DNA of 64,000 nt, taken from Marsupella aquatica (lineage: Eukaryota > Plantae > Marchantiophyta). Positions 62,001 to 64,000 of this stretch are shown piece by piece (within the stretch, counting starts at the first letter, position 1; the number at the start of each line of letters is the position of its first letter). The stretch spans positions 28,220,210-28,284,209 of the forward strand of contig OZ316893.1 in NCBI GenBank assembly GCA_973895155.1. Direction: 5' to 3'. Both the position numbers and the translations under genes were made by a program. The notes beneath the pieces were generated by a model that was given only the letters and a program-made list of their open reading frames with translations, was not told the origin of the DNA and did no database searches.

Positions 62001-62985
62001 GGCTCAGGAGGCAGCGGGATAACCGCTCCCACTTGGGCGGCTCTGGCGAGCATGCCAGGCATTAGTGGCGAAGTAGGATTAAAATAGAGTTAGGAGTAGC
62101 TAAATCAGGCTATAGGGACAAGCGCTTGCCCTAGTTAAAGCGGTGCTGCCATACTGTCCAGCCTGCGTAGATTAGAATCTTTAGGGTTTAGGGTTTAAGA
62201 CAAGCCGTTTTCCGGCCCCGTTTCTGGCCTGATAGCCAGCTTAGTTAGGATCTTAGTTAGTGAATATTTGTGCTTGAGGCCACTCCGGTCCTCAGCCCTT
62301 AGTATTTAGTGCACCCCTCGGTAGAGGAAGGAGGAGTTTTTAGTCTCAGAGTTGGACATCCGCGGTATGTGCGGGGAGTCCCAACCTTTGTGGGTGAAAG
62401 AGTACCAAGGGGAGGGGGTAGGACTAAGCTCGCGGGGCGAGTGCAAAGCCGGGCTCCGTTTTAGTGTACACCCTCGGCCTTGGACCTGTTCATTCAACAA
62501 CTTTTGGGTCAACTAAGTGTATGTGTATGTCCACCTATGTAGTAAACTCCTTCCCCATTATTTCCTTTGTGTAAATCAAGATTGTATGCTTGTGTGTGTG
62601 TATATGTGTGAATCTCGTGTATGGGTGCCAACGCTTGGCCAAACGCACTACCCGAGCCGTGCACGGGGTGCAGCTTGCGGGTAAGTGGTTGCGAGCCCGG
62701 GTTGAGTGCCCGTATCATCGAATCCGGATCGAAGGCGGATAACACAAAGGCTTAGAAGCCCGTAAGCCGGGGTCAATCCTGTGATTGACTAAGGTACGTT
62801 CCGGCGGTGGAACACAAATCATACCTAGGAGGTGTCCGTAAGTAACAATAGTCAGACGCACTTAGCGCTAGTTTACATGAGTTAGGTGCATTTCTTGCGT
62901 CTCTCCCTGCCCGAACCCTCATATTTACGAAGGATGTGCCCGTCTAAGCCGAAGCCTGGGATAAGGCCCAGTTGACGACGTGACA
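59014..62985 (+). mobile_element. Family-B unit, copy B4 (3972 bp)
   Basis: Ends TGTGACGC...ACGTGACA; TSD GATGG / AATGG (one mismatch); the RT reading frame rejoins across it. Confidence 0.92.
59481..62065 (+). pseudogene. Family-B ORF in B4, degenerate
   Basis: Fragments 59481-60017, 60142-60639, 60693-60977 and 60992-62065 align with the B1/B2 proteins; 21-bp tandem duplication at ~60420-60461. Confidence 0.85.
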
Positions 62986-64000
62986 AATGGTGAAAATTTT
63001 CCATGACTACTTGAGAAAGTTCATGGAAATCTTCATTGATGACTTTGCAGTGTTTGGGAAGGCATCGAAACATGCTATATACCTCAGGAAGACCTTCATG
63101 AGATGCAGAGAGGTAGGTCTCAAGTTACACCCAGATAAATGTTTCTTTGGAGTAACGGAGGGTGTGCTGCTAGGTCACAAGGTATCAAAGAAAGGCATTG
63201 AGATTGACAAGGGTAAGCTAGCAGTATGGCTAGATATCATGCAACCTAAGAACATAAAGGATGTAAGATCCTTCTTGGGGTGCATTGGCTATTATCGCCG
63301 GTTCATCAAGGATTTTTCCAAGCTAGCTTTACCATTGACTAACATGCTCAAGGCAGGTGCAGACTTCGAACCCACACTAGAGCTAGTAATAGCAGTGGTG
63401 GAATTAAAGCAAATGTTAGTTGAGGCCCCAATCATGATAGCACCAGACTGGAACAAAGATTTTTATGTCTTTGTAGATGTCTCAGGCTTCTGTATCGGCT
63501 CAGTACTAAGTCAGTTGGATAAGAAAGGAAGGGACCATCCCATACACTTTGCAAGCTTCCAGCTTGCCGATGCCGAACGAAACTACTCCACAACAGAAAG
63601 AGAAGCATTAGGAGTCATTTATTCATGTAAAAAGTTTAGGCATTATTTGCTAAAGTACAAAGTAATCTTTCATACTGATCATGAAAGTTTGAAATACCTA
63701 GTGAATAAGCCGGACCTTACAGGCAGGGTAGCAAGGTGGATATTGCTATTACATGAATTTGACTACAAGCTAAAAATCAAGCCGGGAAAGCTACACGCCA
63801 ATGCCGACTTCTTTTCAAGGATCACAGGCGAACCCGCCATGGATTGCATCAATGATAGATTCCCCGACAAGAAGCTATTCGTTGTGGAAGTAACTGATAC
63901 GTAGTACCCTAAGATTTTACAATTTCTCAACACATCCAGAGTACAGACAGGACTAAGCCAAGAGCAAGCCGCCATCTTTTTGCAGAAGGTCAGACAGTAT

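Larger units (their letters stand above)
58473..64000 (+). pseudogene. pol: Gypsy-3 pol fragment (RT-RNase H), split by B4, truncated on the left, continues past the window
   Basis: DVFAWSHQDL, KKAGPDGKPKIRVC, MDGYSGYNQI, FQRLM|VKIFHDYLRKFMEIFIDD, DVSG, EREALG, HTDH; closely related to Gypsy-2 pol. Confidence 0.93.

Overview
Eukaryotic, plant-type repeat island with no host gene, RNA gene or CRISPR array that I can support. The pol, LINE and CACTA sequences suggest a non-seed land plant (inference). Nearly all 64 kb resolves into nested transposons, most with readable termini and target-site duplications (TSDs). A CACTA/En-Spm TnpD element (15538-44071, +) is the scaffold. It is interrupted by an L1 LINE, a complete 10-kb Ty3/Gypsy element (LTRs 32045-33971 and 40114-42033, TSD GGGAC) and a second CACTA (terminus at 44072); two more partial Gypsy elements lie at 1-8903 and 58473-64000. 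The standout is eight copies, in two families (A ~4.7 kb, B ~4.0 kb), of an odd unit. Each intact end reads TG...CA, five copies have 5-bp TSDs (the retrotransposon-integrase signature), and there are no paired LTRs, PBS, gag, RT or integrase. Each unit is mostly filled by one ORF (~890-1210 aa): an unknown N-terminal domain, an Athila-accessory-like core and a coiled coil. The same core starts the extra ORF of the Gypsy at 1-8903. There it lies between two identical polypurine tracts and is in frame with a second retropepsin-like domain. The best reading is giant gene-carrying solo LTRs, or a new non-autonomous class, that deliver a retrotransposon accessory gene. All coding sequences carry inactivating stops or frameshifts, many of them C>T type.
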